Made by a program: the position numbers and the translations under genes. Below, piece after piece: positions 40,482 through 50,837 of a stretch of 64,000 nucleotides of DNA. Below the pieces are notes generated by a model. That model was not told the DNA's origin. It worked only from the letters and a program-made list of their open reading frames with translations, and searched no databases. Positions within the stretch are counted from its first letter, which is position 1. The number at the start of each line of letters is the position of its first letter. The stretch is from positions 544,001 to 608,000 of the forward strand of contig CAXXMB010000001.1 of the NCBI GenBank assembly GCA_963668675.2, read 5' to 3'. The stretch comes from an uncultured Desulfatitalea sp. Its GTDB lineage: Bacteria > Desulfobacterota > Desulfobacteria > Desulfobacterales > Desulfosarcinaceae.

Positions 40482-42110
40482 ATGGAAATGAACACACTCG
40501 GCAAGACACCGATTTCAGACGATCAACCCACAGGATCGGACGTACGTTACGAGCCTGAGTTTGAAAAACTGCAGGCTGAAATTGACAAGTTGTCCTCCCC
40601 CTCGGCTGATAGTCAGGTGGATTGGGTTCTTGTCGAAAAGGCGTCCGTCGGGATCCTGGAGAAGAAATCGAAAGACCTCACCGTGGCGTGTTATCTGGCT
40701 GTCGCGCTGGTATGCAATCGTAAGATCGAAGGGATGGACGACGGTCTTGCGATCTTGAAAGACCTGCTTGAAACCTACTGGGACAAACTCTACCCACCCA
40801 AAAAGCGCATGCGCGGTCGAATGGGGGCCATCAACTGGTGGTTGGAGAGAACCCAAGCCGAACTGCAAAAAGGGAAGCCGGCGCCGGTGCCGGCCGAGAT
40901 GTTCGAGAGAATAAAGGGCAACGTGAAGGGTATCGACGGGTTCCTCTCCGAAAAGATGCCGGATGCGCCGCTTTTACGCCCTTTGGAGCGCATCATCGAT
41001 GGATTCCCGGTTGAAAAGAGTGATGCAGCGCCGGCTGAAACAGAGAGCGAAACGGCAGGCGCAGCTCCTGCTCCGGGCAGCAGTGACGCTCCCCGGGAGA
41101 ATCGCAGCAGATCAACCGCACAGGACACGCCGGACCCGGCAGCAAGCACTGGAACCAGCGGAACCGAAGAGAATATCAGCGGCAGCATCACCAGCGCTGC
41201 TGAGGCACGTAAAGGGGCAGATGCCGGATTTCAGAGACTGCGCCAGGTCAGCCTCTTTCTGCTGCAAAACGATATGAAGAATCCACTGGCATATCGCTAT
41301 CGGCGTATCGCCTCCTGGGGGAGACTGACAGCATTGCCGCCAAACACAGATGGGACGACTCAGATTCAGGCACCGGCACCCCAAGTGCTTTCATCGCTGG
41401 AGACGCTGCTGTCCGAAGGGAAACTCGAGGCCCTCGTTCAAAATGCCGAGCAGAAGGTGTCCCAGTTTATCTTCTGGTTCGACCTCAATCGATGGGTGGT
41501 CGAGGCGCTCAACGATTTGGGGGCCGGTTACCAGAACGCTTCGCTCGCCGTTTGCCAGGAGACCACCCTGTTGATGGATCGTCTGCCCGGCCTGGAGACA
41601 CTTCAGTTTGCCGACGGCACTCCGTTTGCCGACCCTCAGACGTTGCAATGGCTGCAGGGGCTTGGGTCTTCCGGCAGTCAAGTCGGCAAAAAAGGGGGCG
41701 CTGCTTCAAAGGCAAGCGCCGACCCTTACGATGGATTCGGCGAGACGGTGAAAGAGGCCAGGTCGCTGGCACGTAAGAAGAAACTGATCGAGGCTGTTGA
41801 ACTGTTGCAGGCTGAGATGCGACAGAGCGCATCCCAGCGAGAACGCATGCAGTGGCGATTGGCCATAGCGCGCCTTCTCATGGAGATGAAAAAAGCACAA
41901 CTGGGCCTGCCCCATCTGGAGCAGATTATCGAGGATATCGACCGATTCAATTTGGAGATTTGGGAGCCGGAACTCGCCTTGGAGGGACTGACGACTGCAT
42001 GGCAGGCATTCGGCTCGCAGAGCGATACCGATTACAAAGCGCGTGCTGCCGCTTTGCTGGAGCGTATGGCCAGAGTGAACCCGGCAGCGGCGCTACGTGT
42101 GGCCAAATAG
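40482..42110 (+). CDS. tssA: T6SS TssA (ImpA N-terminal / VasJ type)
   Basis: PTGSDVRYEPEF, VDW, SKDL, YWDKLYP; FWFDL; FADGTPFA; WEP. Confidence 0.9.
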   Translation: MEMNTLGKTPISDDQPTGSDVRYEPEFEKLQAEIDKLSSPSADSQVDWVLVEKASVGILEKKSKDLTVACYLAVALVCNRKIEGMDDGLAILKDLLETYWDKLYPPKKRMRGRMGAINWWLERTQAELQKGKPAPVPAEMFERIKGNVKGIDGFLSEKMPDAPLLRPLERIIDGFPVEKSDAAPAETESETAGAAPAPGSSDAPRENRSRSTAQDTPDPAASTGTSGTEENISGSITSAAEARKGADAGFQRLRQVSLFLLQNDMKNPLAYRYRRIASWGRLTALPPNTDGTTQIQAPAPQVLSSLETLLSEGKLEALVQNAEQKVSQFIFWFDLNRWVVEALNDLGAGYQNASLAVCQETTLLMDRLPGLETLQFADGTPFADPQTLQWLQGLGSSGSQVGKKGGAASKASADPYDGFGETVKEARSLARKKKLIEAVELLQAEMRQSASQRERMQWRLAIARLLMEMKKAQLGLPHLEQIIEDIDRFNLEIWEPELALEGLTTAWQAFGSQSDTDYKARAAALLERMARVNPAAALRVAK

Positions 42111-42187
42111 TGTCAATCATATGGAGAGTGCGTAAAATCAGCTCGTCGAGCTTGTCAAACATTAACCCGTAGAAAGGGAGAAGTGTC

Positions 42188-42676
42188 ATGGCCAAAGAAG
42201 GAACCGTTGCCCCCAAGGAGAGAGTCAATATCGTCTATCGACCGGCAACTGGTGACGCCAAGGAGGAAGTCGAACTGCCGTTGAAGTTGTTGGTCGTCGG
42301 AGAATTTTCCTCGCAGGAAGATGATCGCATGATCGAAGAGCGTGAACCCATCAATATCGATAAAGACAATTTTGACGAGGTGATGAGAGCCCAGGACCTG
42401 AAACTGGATGTGAATGTCCCTGACAAAATTTCCGGTGATCCTGACAAAGAGGTTGCTGTCTCACTCAAATTCGAATCGATCAAGGATTTCAATCCTGAAG
42501 CCATCGCTCAAAATACGCCTGAGTTGAATCAACTCCTTCAACTTCGCGAAGCGTTGAGTGCCTTGAAGGGGCCGATGAGCAATCGGCCTGAATTTAGAAA
42601 GAAGATTCAGGAAATCGTAAAAGACGACGCAGCTCGCGAGAAAATACTCAAAGAGCTCAACCTTGATAAGGAGTAG
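42188..42676 (+). CDS. tssB: T6SS sheath small subunit TssB
   Basis: VAPKERVNIVY, ELPLK, INIDKDNF, DFNPE, LREAL. Confidence 0.95.
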   Translation: MAKEGTVAPKERVNIVYRPATGDAKEEVELPLKLLVVGEFSSQEDDRMIEEREPINIDKDNFDEVMRAQDLKLDVNVPDKISGDPDKEVAVSLKFESIKDFNPEAIAQNTPELNQLLQLREALSALKGPMSNRPEFRKKIQEIVKDDAAREKILKELNLDKE

Positions 42677-42690
42677 AAAGGGGGGTTTTC

Positions 42691-44181
42691 ATGGCTGAAG
42701 AACGAGAAATGGAAAAGGCTGCGGCAGCCGAAACCCAGGCCGAAACATCAGTATCCCTGTTGGACGATATCGTCACTGCCACCAAGCTGAAACCGGCCGA
42801 CGAAGGGTACGATATTGCCAAGAGGGGGGTCGAAGCCCTTCTGGGACAGCTGATCGAGCCCGGACGCAAGGTCGACAAAGTGTCCAACGCTCTGATCGAC
42901 GAGTTTATCTCCGAGATCGACCAGAAGCTGAGTGCCCAGTTGGATGCCATCATGCACGACCCCGAAGTACAGAAGTTGGAGTCGGCATGGCGATCGCTCA
43001 AATTTTTGGTGGACCGCACCGATTTCAGGGAAAACATCAAAATCGAAATCATGAACGCCAGCAAAGAGGAACTGCTCGAAGATTTCGAAGACTCGCCCGA
43101 AGTGCCGAAATCGGGACTGTACAAGACGATCTATACGGCGGAATATGGGCAGTTTGGCGGCCAGCCGTACAGCAACATTATCGCCAATTACGACTTCGGC
43201 CCCGGTCCTCAGGATGTCAAGCTGCTCCAATATGTGGCGGCCGTGTCGGCCATGTCCCATGCCCCGTTCATAGCGGCGGCAGGGCCCCAGTTTTTCGGAG
43301 TGGACAGTTTCACCGAATTGCCCAACCTGAAGGACCTGCACTCCATTTTCGAAGGGCCCCAATACACCAAATGGCAATCGTTCAGGGAGTCCGAAGACGC
43401 ACGCTATGTGGCCTTGACCACACCGCGGTTTTTGCTGCGACTGCCCTACGGGCAGGATACGCAGCCGGTAAAGAGTTTCAATTATGAGGAGGATGTCTCC
43501 GATTCCCATGATCGTTACCTGTGGGGGAATGCCGCCTTTGCGTTTGCCTCCCGGTTGACCGACAGTTTCGCCAAGTACCGATGGTGCACCAACATCATCG
43601 GCCCCATGGGCGGCGGTACGGTGGACGATCTGCCCCTGCATCAGTTTGAATCGATGGGGGCCATTCAGACCAAAATCCCCACTGAAGTGCTTATCTCTGA
43701 ACGCCGCGAATTCGAGCTGGCCGAAGAGGGGTTTATTTCACTGACCATGCGCAAAGGCAGTGACAATGCCTGCTTCTTCTCGGCCAATTCGGTCCAAAAA
43801 CCCAAATTCTTCGGCAACAGTGAGGAGGGCAAGGCTGCCGAACTCAACTACAAGCTTGGAACGCAGTTGCCTTACATGTATGTGGCTAACCGATTGGCCC
43901 ACTACCTGAAAGTGATTCAACGCGAGAATATCGGAAGCTGGAAGGAGCGATCCGATCTCGACCGCGAATTGAACCAATGGATAAGGCAGTATGTTGCCGA
44001 CCAGGATAATCCACCGGCGGCGGTGCGGAGCCGTAGACCCTTGCGACAGGCTCAGATCACAGTAGAAAGTGTGGAAGGAGAGCCCGGCTGGTACAAGGTT
44101 GGAATGAAAGTGCGTCCCCATTTTAAATATATGGGAGCCTTTTTTACCCTGTCACTCGTCGGAAAATTGGATAAAGAATAA
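42691..44181 (+). CDS. tssC: T6SS sheath large subunit TssC
   Basis: LESAWRSL, EYGQFGG, HAPF, PRFLLRLPYG, YLWGN, RLAHYLK, RPL, RPHF. Confidence 0.96.
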   Translation: MAEEREMEKAAAAETQAETSVSLLDDIVTATKLKPADEGYDIAKRGVEALLGQLIEPGRKVDKVSNALIDEFISEIDQKLSAQLDAIMHDPEVQKLESAWRSLKFLVDRTDFRENIKIEIMNASKEELLEDFEDSPEVPKSGLYKTIYTAEYGQFGGQPYSNIIANYDFGPGPQDVKLLQYVAAVSAMSHAPFIAAAGPQFFGVDSFTELPNLKDLHSIFEGPQYTKWQSFRESEDARYVALTTPRFLLRLPYGQDTQPVKSFNYEEDVSDSHDRYLWGNAAFAFASRLTDSFAKYRWCTNIIGPMGGGTVDDLPLHQFESMGAIQTKIPTEVLISERREFELAEEGFISLTMRKGSDNACFFSANSVQKPKFFGNSEEGKAAELNYKLGTQLPYMYVANRLAHYLKVIQRENIGSWKERSDLDRELNQWIRQYVADQDNPPAAVRSRRPLRQAQITVESVEGEPGWYKVGMKVRPHFKYMGAFFTLSLVGKLDKE

Positions 44182-44210
44182 AGACGAAAACTTATTAAAG
44201 GAGGAAACCT

Positions 44211-44726
44211 ATGCCGACCCCAGCTTATTTGTCCATCGAAGGAGAGACCCAAGGCCCCATTACCCAAGGCACCTTTACCTCAGAAAGTGTGGGCAATACT
44301 TATGTGGAAGGGCACGAGGATGAAATTTTGGTTGAAGCTTTCAGCCATAATGTGACCATTCCAAGGGATCCACAAAGCGGTCAGCCCACAGGACAGAGGG
44401 TACACCAACCGTTGCAAATCACTAAGGTGTTCGACAAGTGTTCTCCGATGCTCTACAACGCGCTGACCTCGGGCGAAAAAATGAGCAAATGTGAACTCCA
44501 TTTCTATCGCACCAGCACAGCCGGGCAACAGGAACACTACTACACAATCGAACTGGAAGATGCCATTATCGTTGATATCGTTGCATACATGCCTAATTGC
44601 CTGGATCCTGGACAAGCCCATTATACGAACATGGAGGATGTCTCTTTCAGCTATCGTAAAATCACCTGGCGTCATGAGGTTGCCGGCACAGAAGGTTCGG
44701 ATGACTGGCGCGCACCAAAAGCTTAA
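44211..44726 (+). CDS. hcp: T6SS tube protein Hcp (TssD)
   Basis: MPTPAYL, EGHEDE, PRDPQSGQPTGQRVH, YRKITWRH, SDDWR. Confidence 0.96.
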   Translation: MPTPAYLSIEGETQGPITQGTFTSESVGNTYVEGHEDEILVEAFSHNVTIPRDPQSGQPTGQRVHQPLQITKVFDKCSPMLYNALTSGEKMSKCELHFYRTSTAGQQEHYYTIELEDAIIVDIVAYMPNCLDPGQAHYTNMEDVSFSYRKITWRHEVAGTEGSDDWRAPKA

Positions 44727-44741
44727 TGAGCTGTTAGAAGT

Positions 44742-44783
44742 TTTCCCTCTGGCTGCCGGTTAGCAACAGCGGCCAGAGGGAAA
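44742..44783 (+). terminator. Strong stem-loop after hcp (partial terminator or mRNA stabiliser)
   Basis: TTTCCCTCTGGCTGC ... GCGGCCAGAGGGAAA; no U-tract on the + strand. Confidence 0.55.
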
Positions 44784-44812
44784 GCGTCCGCTTAATCAAA
44801 CAGGGATCCCGT

Positions 44813-45226
44813 ATGCAAGAGCATCGATTACTGGACCGCATCCGCCTTGCAATGAAGAATCCCAGCCGCAGGGTGACCCAAGACCCGAAACAGATGATCC
44901 GTTCGGTCCAGGAGCATCTCCAACGTATTCTCAATACGCGGCAGGGCAATGTGCCCATTGCAGATGATTACGGTATTCCGGATTTTACCAATTTGATGAG
45001 CGGATTTCCCGAATCGAGGCGTTCCATCGAACGGACCATTCGAAATACCATTCAGTACTATGAACCGCGATTGCAGGGGGTGCGGATCACTTTTCTGGAT
45101 CAGCATGATAAAACACTGACAATCAGTTTTCAGATCTCTGCCCAGTTGGTGCTGCCGGGACATAAGGACCCGGTTACTTTCGAAAGCGTCCTGGATGCCG
45201 GTGGCCACTTTGAAGTGAAGGGTTGA
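44813..45226 (+). CDS. tssE: T6SS baseplate TssE (gp25-like)
   Basis: LLDRI, HLQRILNTRQG, DYGIPDF, YEPRL. Confidence 0.93.
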   Translation: MQEHRLLDRIRLAMKNPSRRVTQDPKQMIRSVQEHLQRILNTRQGNVPIADDYGIPDFTNLMSGFPESRRSIERTIRNTIQYYEPRLQGVRITFLDQHDKTLTISFQISAQLVLPGHKDPVTFESVLDAGGHFEVKG

Positions 45227-45332
45227 TTGCCATCAATACGGCGTTGTTTCGAAGCAATGATCTCGGCGAATACAGCAATTGCAACTGTGGGGATGGAAGC
45301 AGCAACCATTGTGATGGAATGCGATATTCATT

Positions 45333-47066
45333 ATGTTCAACCAATACTTCCAGAATGAACTGGGCAACCTGAGAGAGCTTGGCGCTGAATTTGCCCGTCG
45401 TTATCCGGCCGTAGCGCCGATGCTCAGCGGTATGTCCACAGATCCGGACACGGAACGCTTGCTTGAAGGTGTTGCGTTCTTAACGGCAATGCTGCGTCAA
45501 CGGCTGGACGATGATTTTCCCGAGATTATCCAAGAGCTGTTTCAACTCATTTGGCCGCACTACTTGAGGCCTGTTCCGTCGACATCCATCGTAGATTTTT
45601 CTCCCAAATCGGGTTTGAAGCAGACGGTTCGAGTCCCCCGGGGGGTTCAGCTGGCCTCCGAACCGGTGGAAGGCACGCCGTGCTTTTTTGCAACCTGTTA
45701 CGATGTTGATGTCCACCCACTGGTACTTGAAAAAGCGACCTTTGAGGAGAAAGCAGGTAAATCGCCGACGATCCGGCTTGGATTTGCTCTGCAAGGGGTC
45801 CAACTTGACGAGTGGCGACCCGAGACCCTGCGCTTGCACCTGACCGGCGATTCGAGCCAGTCATCCGATATCTATCTTCTCCTCTCCCGTTATGTGAAGC
45901 GCATCGTTCTTACTCCCGAAGGAGGTGGCGAAAGTTGCCTCCTCCATCCGGATAAGCTAAAACCGGCCGGATTCGGGTCGGAGGATGCACTGCTTCCCTA
46001 TCCAACGCAGGCCTTTCCCGGCTATCGTATTATCCAGGAGTACTTCATTCTACCCGAGAAGTTTCTATTTCTCGAACTGGAAGGATTTCACCAGTGGAAA
46101 AACCGGGGAAGCGCAAGTCAATTTGAAATTTGTTTTGAACTCAAAGATATCCCTTTTGCACGCCCAAGGGTGCGCAAAGACAATTTCGCCCTTGCCGCTA
46201 CGCCGGTAATCAATCTTTTCTCTCACGACGCCGATCCGATTCGAATGGACCACCGAAAAAGCGAGTATCTGGTCAGGCCGGCGGGCAGCAACGACCGCAA
46301 TTTTCAAGTCTACACGATAGAGAGCGTGACCGGTTATGTGCAGGGGACAGCCCAGGAGCGCGTTTACACACCCTTTGAGATGTTTTCGCCCAATCCGGAT
46401 GCCGATCCCACTTTCCACATGAGCATCCGGCAATCTCCGGTGCGGCAAGGGTTCGATTTCTATCTCTCCGTCGCCTATCCGCCAGGTTCAGGCGAACCAC
46501 CGCCAGAGACTCTCTCCATCGGACTGCAATGCACCAATGGGGTGGCGCCCGAAGGGCTTCAGATCGGGGATATTCGAAACCCCACCAGCAGTACACCGGA
46601 GTTCGTCGAGTTCAGAAACATCATACCGCCCACAGCCGCTATCGTGCCGCAGTTGGGGCGCAACTTGCACTGGAAACTGCTCTCCCATCTTTGCCTTAAC
46701 TATCGATCTTTGGCCAGTGCGGAGAACCTCAAGGCGCTTCTTGAGCTTTACAATTTCGAAGAGAACAGGGACCGCCCTGCCTTTTTGGCAAATCAAAAGA
46801 AGGTGGCTGGCATCGAAGAGGTGTCGACCCGGACCTCGGACAGGTTGGTTGATCGCGTTATCATGCGCGGCCGCGAAATCCGTCTTAATCTCCGCCAGGA
46901 CAATTTTGCCGGCGTTGGGGATCTCTTTCTTTTCGGTTCGGTGCTCGACCATTTTCTCGGTCTGTACGCATCTCTGAACACGTATACCCAGTTGACTGTC
47001 AAAGAGGCTCTAAAAGGAGAGGTGTATCAATGGCCGCCGCGCATCGGAGTGCATCCGCTCATTTAA
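45333..47066 (+). CDS. tssF: T6SS baseplate TssF
   Basis: DPDTERLLEGVAFL, WPHYLRPVPS, QEYFILPEKF, TPVINLF, CTNG. Confidence 0.95.
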   Translation: MFNQYFQNELGNLRELGAEFARRYPAVAPMLSGMSTDPDTERLLEGVAFLTAMLRQRLDDDFPEIIQELFQLIWPHYLRPVPSTSIVDFSPKSGLKQTVRVPRGVQLASEPVEGTPCFFATCYDVDVHPLVLEKATFEEKAGKSPTIRLGFALQGVQLDEWRPETLRLHLTGDSSQSSDIYLLLSRYVKRIVLTPEGGGESCLLHPDKLKPAGFGSEDALLPYPTQAFPGYRIIQEYFILPEKFLFLELEGFHQWKNRGSASQFEICFELKDIPFARPRVRKDNFALAATPVINLFSHDADPIRMDHRKSEYLVRPAGSNDRNFQVYTIESVTGYVQGTAQERVYTPFEMFSPNPDADPTFHMSIRQSPVRQGFDFYLSVAYPPGSGEPPPETLSIGLQCTNGVAPEGLQIGDIRNPTSSTPEFVEFRNIIPPTAAIVPQLGRNLHWKLLSHLCLNYRSLASAENLKALLELYNFEENRDRPAFLANQKKVAGIEEVSTRTSDRLVDRVIMRGREIRLNLRQDNFAGVGDLFLFGSVLDHFLGLYASLNTYTQLTVKEALKGEVYQWPPRIGVHPLI

Positions 47067-48070
47067 ATAATGGGTCTGGAAAAGATACTTTACAGGCATT
47101 GTTGAACAAAGCCTCCTCCTTCTCTTTCTTCCAGGCCATACGATTGTTGCGCCATCTGTCCGCGGCAGGGACGGACGCTTTCGATGCTGAGGCAGGCGCC
47201 ACAATCTCTATCAGGCCCAATCTCTCCCTGGCCTTTCAGCCGTCGGACATCGAAAAGATCGAAGCGTTGGAGGGGGATAGGGGCTATCGTATTACAGCCA
47301 ACTTTTTAGGCCTTTACGGTACAGCTTCACCATTGCCGACCTTCTATACCGAAGATCTGCTCGCAGAGGAAGCGCAAGACGAAACGGTATGTCGTGATTT
47401 TTTAGACATCTTCAACCAGTCGCTCTATGATCTGCTCTACCAGGGGTGGCTCAAGTACCGGCAGTTTTTCAACATCGCCGAAGCTAAAAATGATGCCTAT
47501 CTGGAGCGGCTCTATTGTCTACTTGGATTGGGAGCCGAACCCCTGCGTCGTTCCCAGGATATTCCCGGCGGCGATTACAGGCTGTTGAGATACATTGGCC
47601 TCTTTACCCAAAATCCCCGTTCGGCTGCAGGATTGGGTGCCATGCTCAGTGATGCGTTGGGCGATACGCCACTGGAGATTGTTCCGTGTATCCCGCGCAA
47701 GGCGAGCATCCCACTTCCCCAGAGGATGCAGATGGGGCTTTCAGGGAGCCAGCTTGGAATCGACAGTTATCTGGGTGAGGAGATCGCTGATCGCATGGGG
47801 AAATTTCGAATCCAGGTCGGCCCTCTCGATCAAGCCGGTTTTTTGCGGTTCACACCAGGAAACGAAAGCTATGACACACTGGTGTCTCTTACCGAGAGCT
47901 ACCTCGCCGATCCGTTGGTATATGAAGTGGAATTGATCCTGGGCGCGCACCAGGCACAAACCGTTGCATTGGGAGACCCGGTAAGGTCTGTGTTGGGCGT
48001 GACCTCATGGGTTTTTTCCGAGGCACATCTTGGGGAGGTGCGCACACGCTTTAACATCGATCGCAATTAA
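47030..48070 (+). CDS. tssG: T6SS baseplate TssG
   Basis: FSFFQAIRLL, LSLAF, FLGLYGTASPLP, DFLDIFN, RSAAGL. Confidence 0.93.
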   Translation: MAAAHRSASAHLNNGSGKDTLQALLNKASSFSFFQAIRLLRHLSAAGTDAFDAEAGATISIRPNLSLAFQPSDIEKIEALEGDRGYRITANFLGLYGTASPLPTFYTEDLLAEEAQDETVCRDFLDIFNQSLYDLLYQGWLKYRQFFNIAEAKNDAYLERLYCLLGLGAEPLRRSQDIPGGDYRLLRYIGLFTQNPRSAAGLGAMLSDALGDTPLEIVPCIPRKASIPLPQRMQMGLSGSQLGIDSYLGEEIADRMGKFRIQVGPLDQAGFLRFTPGNESYDTLVSLTESYLADPLVYEVELILGAHQAQTVALGDPVRSVLGVTSWVFSEAHLGEVRTRFNIDRN

Positions 48071-48138
48071 AGGACGTATTCCGTTTCGTCCATATCCCTT
48101 CGATTTCCATTGCTCAAGAACACCAAGGAGGAGAAACT

Positions 48139-50757
48139 ATGGTTTCCGTGGATATCAAATCACTGCTTCGCCGAATGAACAGTTACTGTACCAACAGCCT
48201 GGAAGGGGCTGCCGGCTTGTGCGTTTCGCGCACCCACTATGAGGTGACGGTGGAGCATATGATGACCAAATTGCTGGAGGATCAACAGGCCGACCTGTCA
48301 CTCATTCTGCGCCACTTCGAGATAGACGCAGGACGTTTTCGAAAAGCGTTGTCCGATAGCCTTGAGATATACAAAACCGGAAACGCTGCCAAACCGGTTT
48401 TTTCTCCACTTCTGCTCGAATGGATGCAGGAGGCATGGCTCACCGCTTCCGTGGATCTGGATGAGGCACGTATCCGCTCCGGGGCACTGTTGCTCTCTTT
48501 TCTCAACCACCCCCATCAGTTTGCCAATGGCGGGTATGTGGACCTTCTCGGTGAAATCAGCCGCGACGCCTTGATGTCTGGTTTTTGGGATATGGTCAAA
48601 GGCTCATCTGAAAAAACGATCAGAACCACCGAGGAGGAGGGCGTGGCCGCAGCACCGGGCGAGGCAACGGCCCTCAAACGGTTTTGCACGGATTTTACCG
48701 AAAAGGCAGCGGCCGGCGAGATCGACCCGGTCTTCGGGCGTGACCGTGAGATAAGGCAGATGGTGGATATACTGGCGCGGCGGCGAAAGAACAATCCCAT
48801 CGTTGTTGGCGAGGCAGGTGTTGGAAAGACAGCGGTGGTGGAGGGCTTGGCCTTACGAGTGGTGGAGGGTGATGTGCCTGAACTGCTTAGCGATGTCTCC
48901 ATTGTCGGTCTCGATATGGGGCTGTTGCAGGCCGGCGCCGGGATGAAAGGCGAATTTGAGAATCGCCTCAAGTCGGTAATGAATGACATTAAAGCCTCGG
49001 AAAAGCCGATCATCCTCTTTATCGATGAAGCCCATACCCTGATTGGGGCCGGCGGCACGGCGGGCATGAGCGATGCCGCCAACCTGCTCAAGCCGGCACT
49101 GGCCAGGGGCGAACTGCGCACGGTGGCAGCCACGACCTGGTCTGAGTATAAGAAGTATTTTGAAAAGGATGCCGCCCTTGCCCGGCGGTTTCAGCTCGTC
49201 AAACTCGATGAGCCATCAGAAGAGATTGCAAAGCTCATTCTCCGAGGGCTCAAGGAGAAGTACGAGGCGGCCCACAACGTGGTGGTGCGTGATGACGCCA
49301 TCGAGGCGGCCGCTGAGATGTCCAGCCGCTACATCTCCGGCCGGCAACTGCCGGACAAGGCAGTGGATCTGTTGGATACCAGCGCCGCCCGTGTCAAGGT
49401 TCTGCTCAGCGCCAAGCCGGATGTGGTCGAAGATCAGGAGCGGCGCATCCAGGCCCTGACGCGCGAGCTCGATGCCATCGCCAGGGACAAGCAGCACGGC
49501 ATCGATGTCGATACGGAGCGTGTAGAGACGCTCACCGGTGAGAAGGGAGAGTTGGAGAAGAGATTGGAAGAGACCCGGAAGCGATGGCTTGAAGAGCAGG
49601 CCCTTGCAAATAGGGTGATCGAAATCCGGAAACGTCTGGTCGAGACATCCAAGGCCGGTGAGGATATTGAACCCATCAAGGCCGAGCTTGACCAAAGCTC
49701 GGAGGCGCTTGTAAAGATCCAGGGTGATGCGCCGCTTGTGCGCACGGAGGTGGATCCGGATGTTGTGGCCAAGGTGGTGTCGGACTGGACCGGCATCCCC
49801 CTGGGCAAAGTGATGCGCGACGAGGCGCGCAACATCATCAACCTGGAAGAGAATCTGCAACAGCGCATCAAGGGGCAGGACGAGGCACTGGGCGTCATTG
49901 CCCAGACGGTCAAAGCTGCCAAATCGGGCCTCAAAGACCCCCATCAACCGCTGGGGGTTTTTCTGCTGGTGGGTCCTAGCGGCGTTGGAAAGACCGAAAC
50001 CGGTCTGGCCGTTGCAGATCTTCTGTTCGGTGGCGAAGGCTTTATGGTCACCATCAACATGAGTGAATTTCAGGAGAAGCATACGGTAAGCCGGCTCATC
50101 GGGTCGCCTCCCGGGTATGTGGGATACGGCGAAGGTGGCGTGCTGAGTGAGGCCGTAAGGCAGCGTCCCTACTCTGTGGTTCTTCTGGACGAGGTGGAGA
50201 AGGGGCATCCCGAAGTGATGAACCTCTTTTACCAGGTGTTCGACAAAGGGATGCTGGCGGACGGTGAAGGTCGTGAGATCGATTTCAAGAACACGGTAAT
50301 TTTTCTGACCAGTAATTTGGCAACGGACGTGGTGACCGAAATGTGTTCAGGAGAGGAGCCGCCCCCTCTGGAGGTGTTCGGTTCGGCCATACGGCCCATT
50401 TTAAGCAATCACTTCAAGCCGGCCCTTCTAGCCCGCATGAACGTGATTCCCTACAAGATTTTGTCACCCGACATTCTCAAAGATATCGTCATGCTCAAGC
50501 TGAACAAGTTGGTCGCGCGAATGAACCAGACCCACAAAATCGGCTTGAGTTACTCACCGGCTGTCGTGGACCAGATCGCCGCACGATGCACAGAGGTAGA
50601 GACCGGCGCTCGCAATATCGATTACATCATGAATGGTAGCGTCATGCCGCGAATGTCCCAGGAGATATTAACCTATATGATGACAGGTGAAATGCCATCG
50701 GCGGTTACGCTCGATTTGGATGAGAATGGCGGTTTCACGGTCGTATTCGGAGGGTGA
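48139..50757 (+). CDS. clpV: T6SS AAA+ ATPase ClpV (TssH)
   Basis: Two NBDs (GEAGVGKT, GPSGVGKT), RRRKNNP, LLQAGA, VAATTWSEY, ETGAR. Confidence 0.96.
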   Translation: MVSVDIKSLLRRMNSYCTNSLEGAAGLCVSRTHYEVTVEHMMTKLLEDQQADLSLILRHFEIDAGRFRKALSDSLEIYKTGNAAKPVFSPLLLEWMQEAWLTASVDLDEARIRSGALLLSFLNHPHQFANGGYVDLLGEISRDALMSGFWDMVKGSSEKTIRTTEEEGVAAAPGEATALKRFCTDFTEKAAAGEIDPVFGRDREIRQMVDILARRRKNNPIVVGEAGVGKTAVVEGLALRVVEGDVPELLSDVSIVGLDMGLLQAGAGMKGEFENRLKSVMNDIKASEKPIILFIDEAHTLIGAGGTAGMSDAANLLKPALARGELRTVAATTWSEYKKYFEKDAALARRFQLVKLDEPSEEIAKLILRGLKEKYEAAHNVVVRDDAIEAAAEMSSRYISGRQLPDKAVDLLDTSAARVKVLLSAKPDVVEDQERRIQALTRELDAIARDKQHGIDVDTERVETLTGEKGELEKRLEETRKRWLEEQALANRVIEIRKRLVETSKAGEDIEPIKAELDQSSEALVKIQGDAPLVRTEVDPDVVAKVVSDWTGIPLGKVMRDEARNIINLEENLQQRIKGQDEALGVIAQTVKAAKSGLKDPHQPLGVFLLVGPSGVGKTETGLAVADLLFGGEGFMVTINMSEFQEKHTVSRLIGSPPGYVGYGEGGVLSEAVRQRPYSVVLLDEVEKGHPEVMNLFYQVFDKGMLADGEGREIDFKNTVIFLTSNLATDVVTEMCSGEEPPPLEVFGSAIRPILSNHFKPALLARMNVIPYKILSPDILKDIVMLKLNKLVARMNQTHKIGLSYSPAVVDQIAARCTEVETGARNIDYIMNGSVMPRMSQEILTYMMTGEMPSAVTLDLDENGGFTVVFGG

Positions 50758-50837
50758 GCACTCCTCCGCCACGAGTGGTGCAGGGATGCGCTTATGGTCA
50801 CCTGAAAGCGTTCAAGGCCCACTGAAAGGACGATGAT

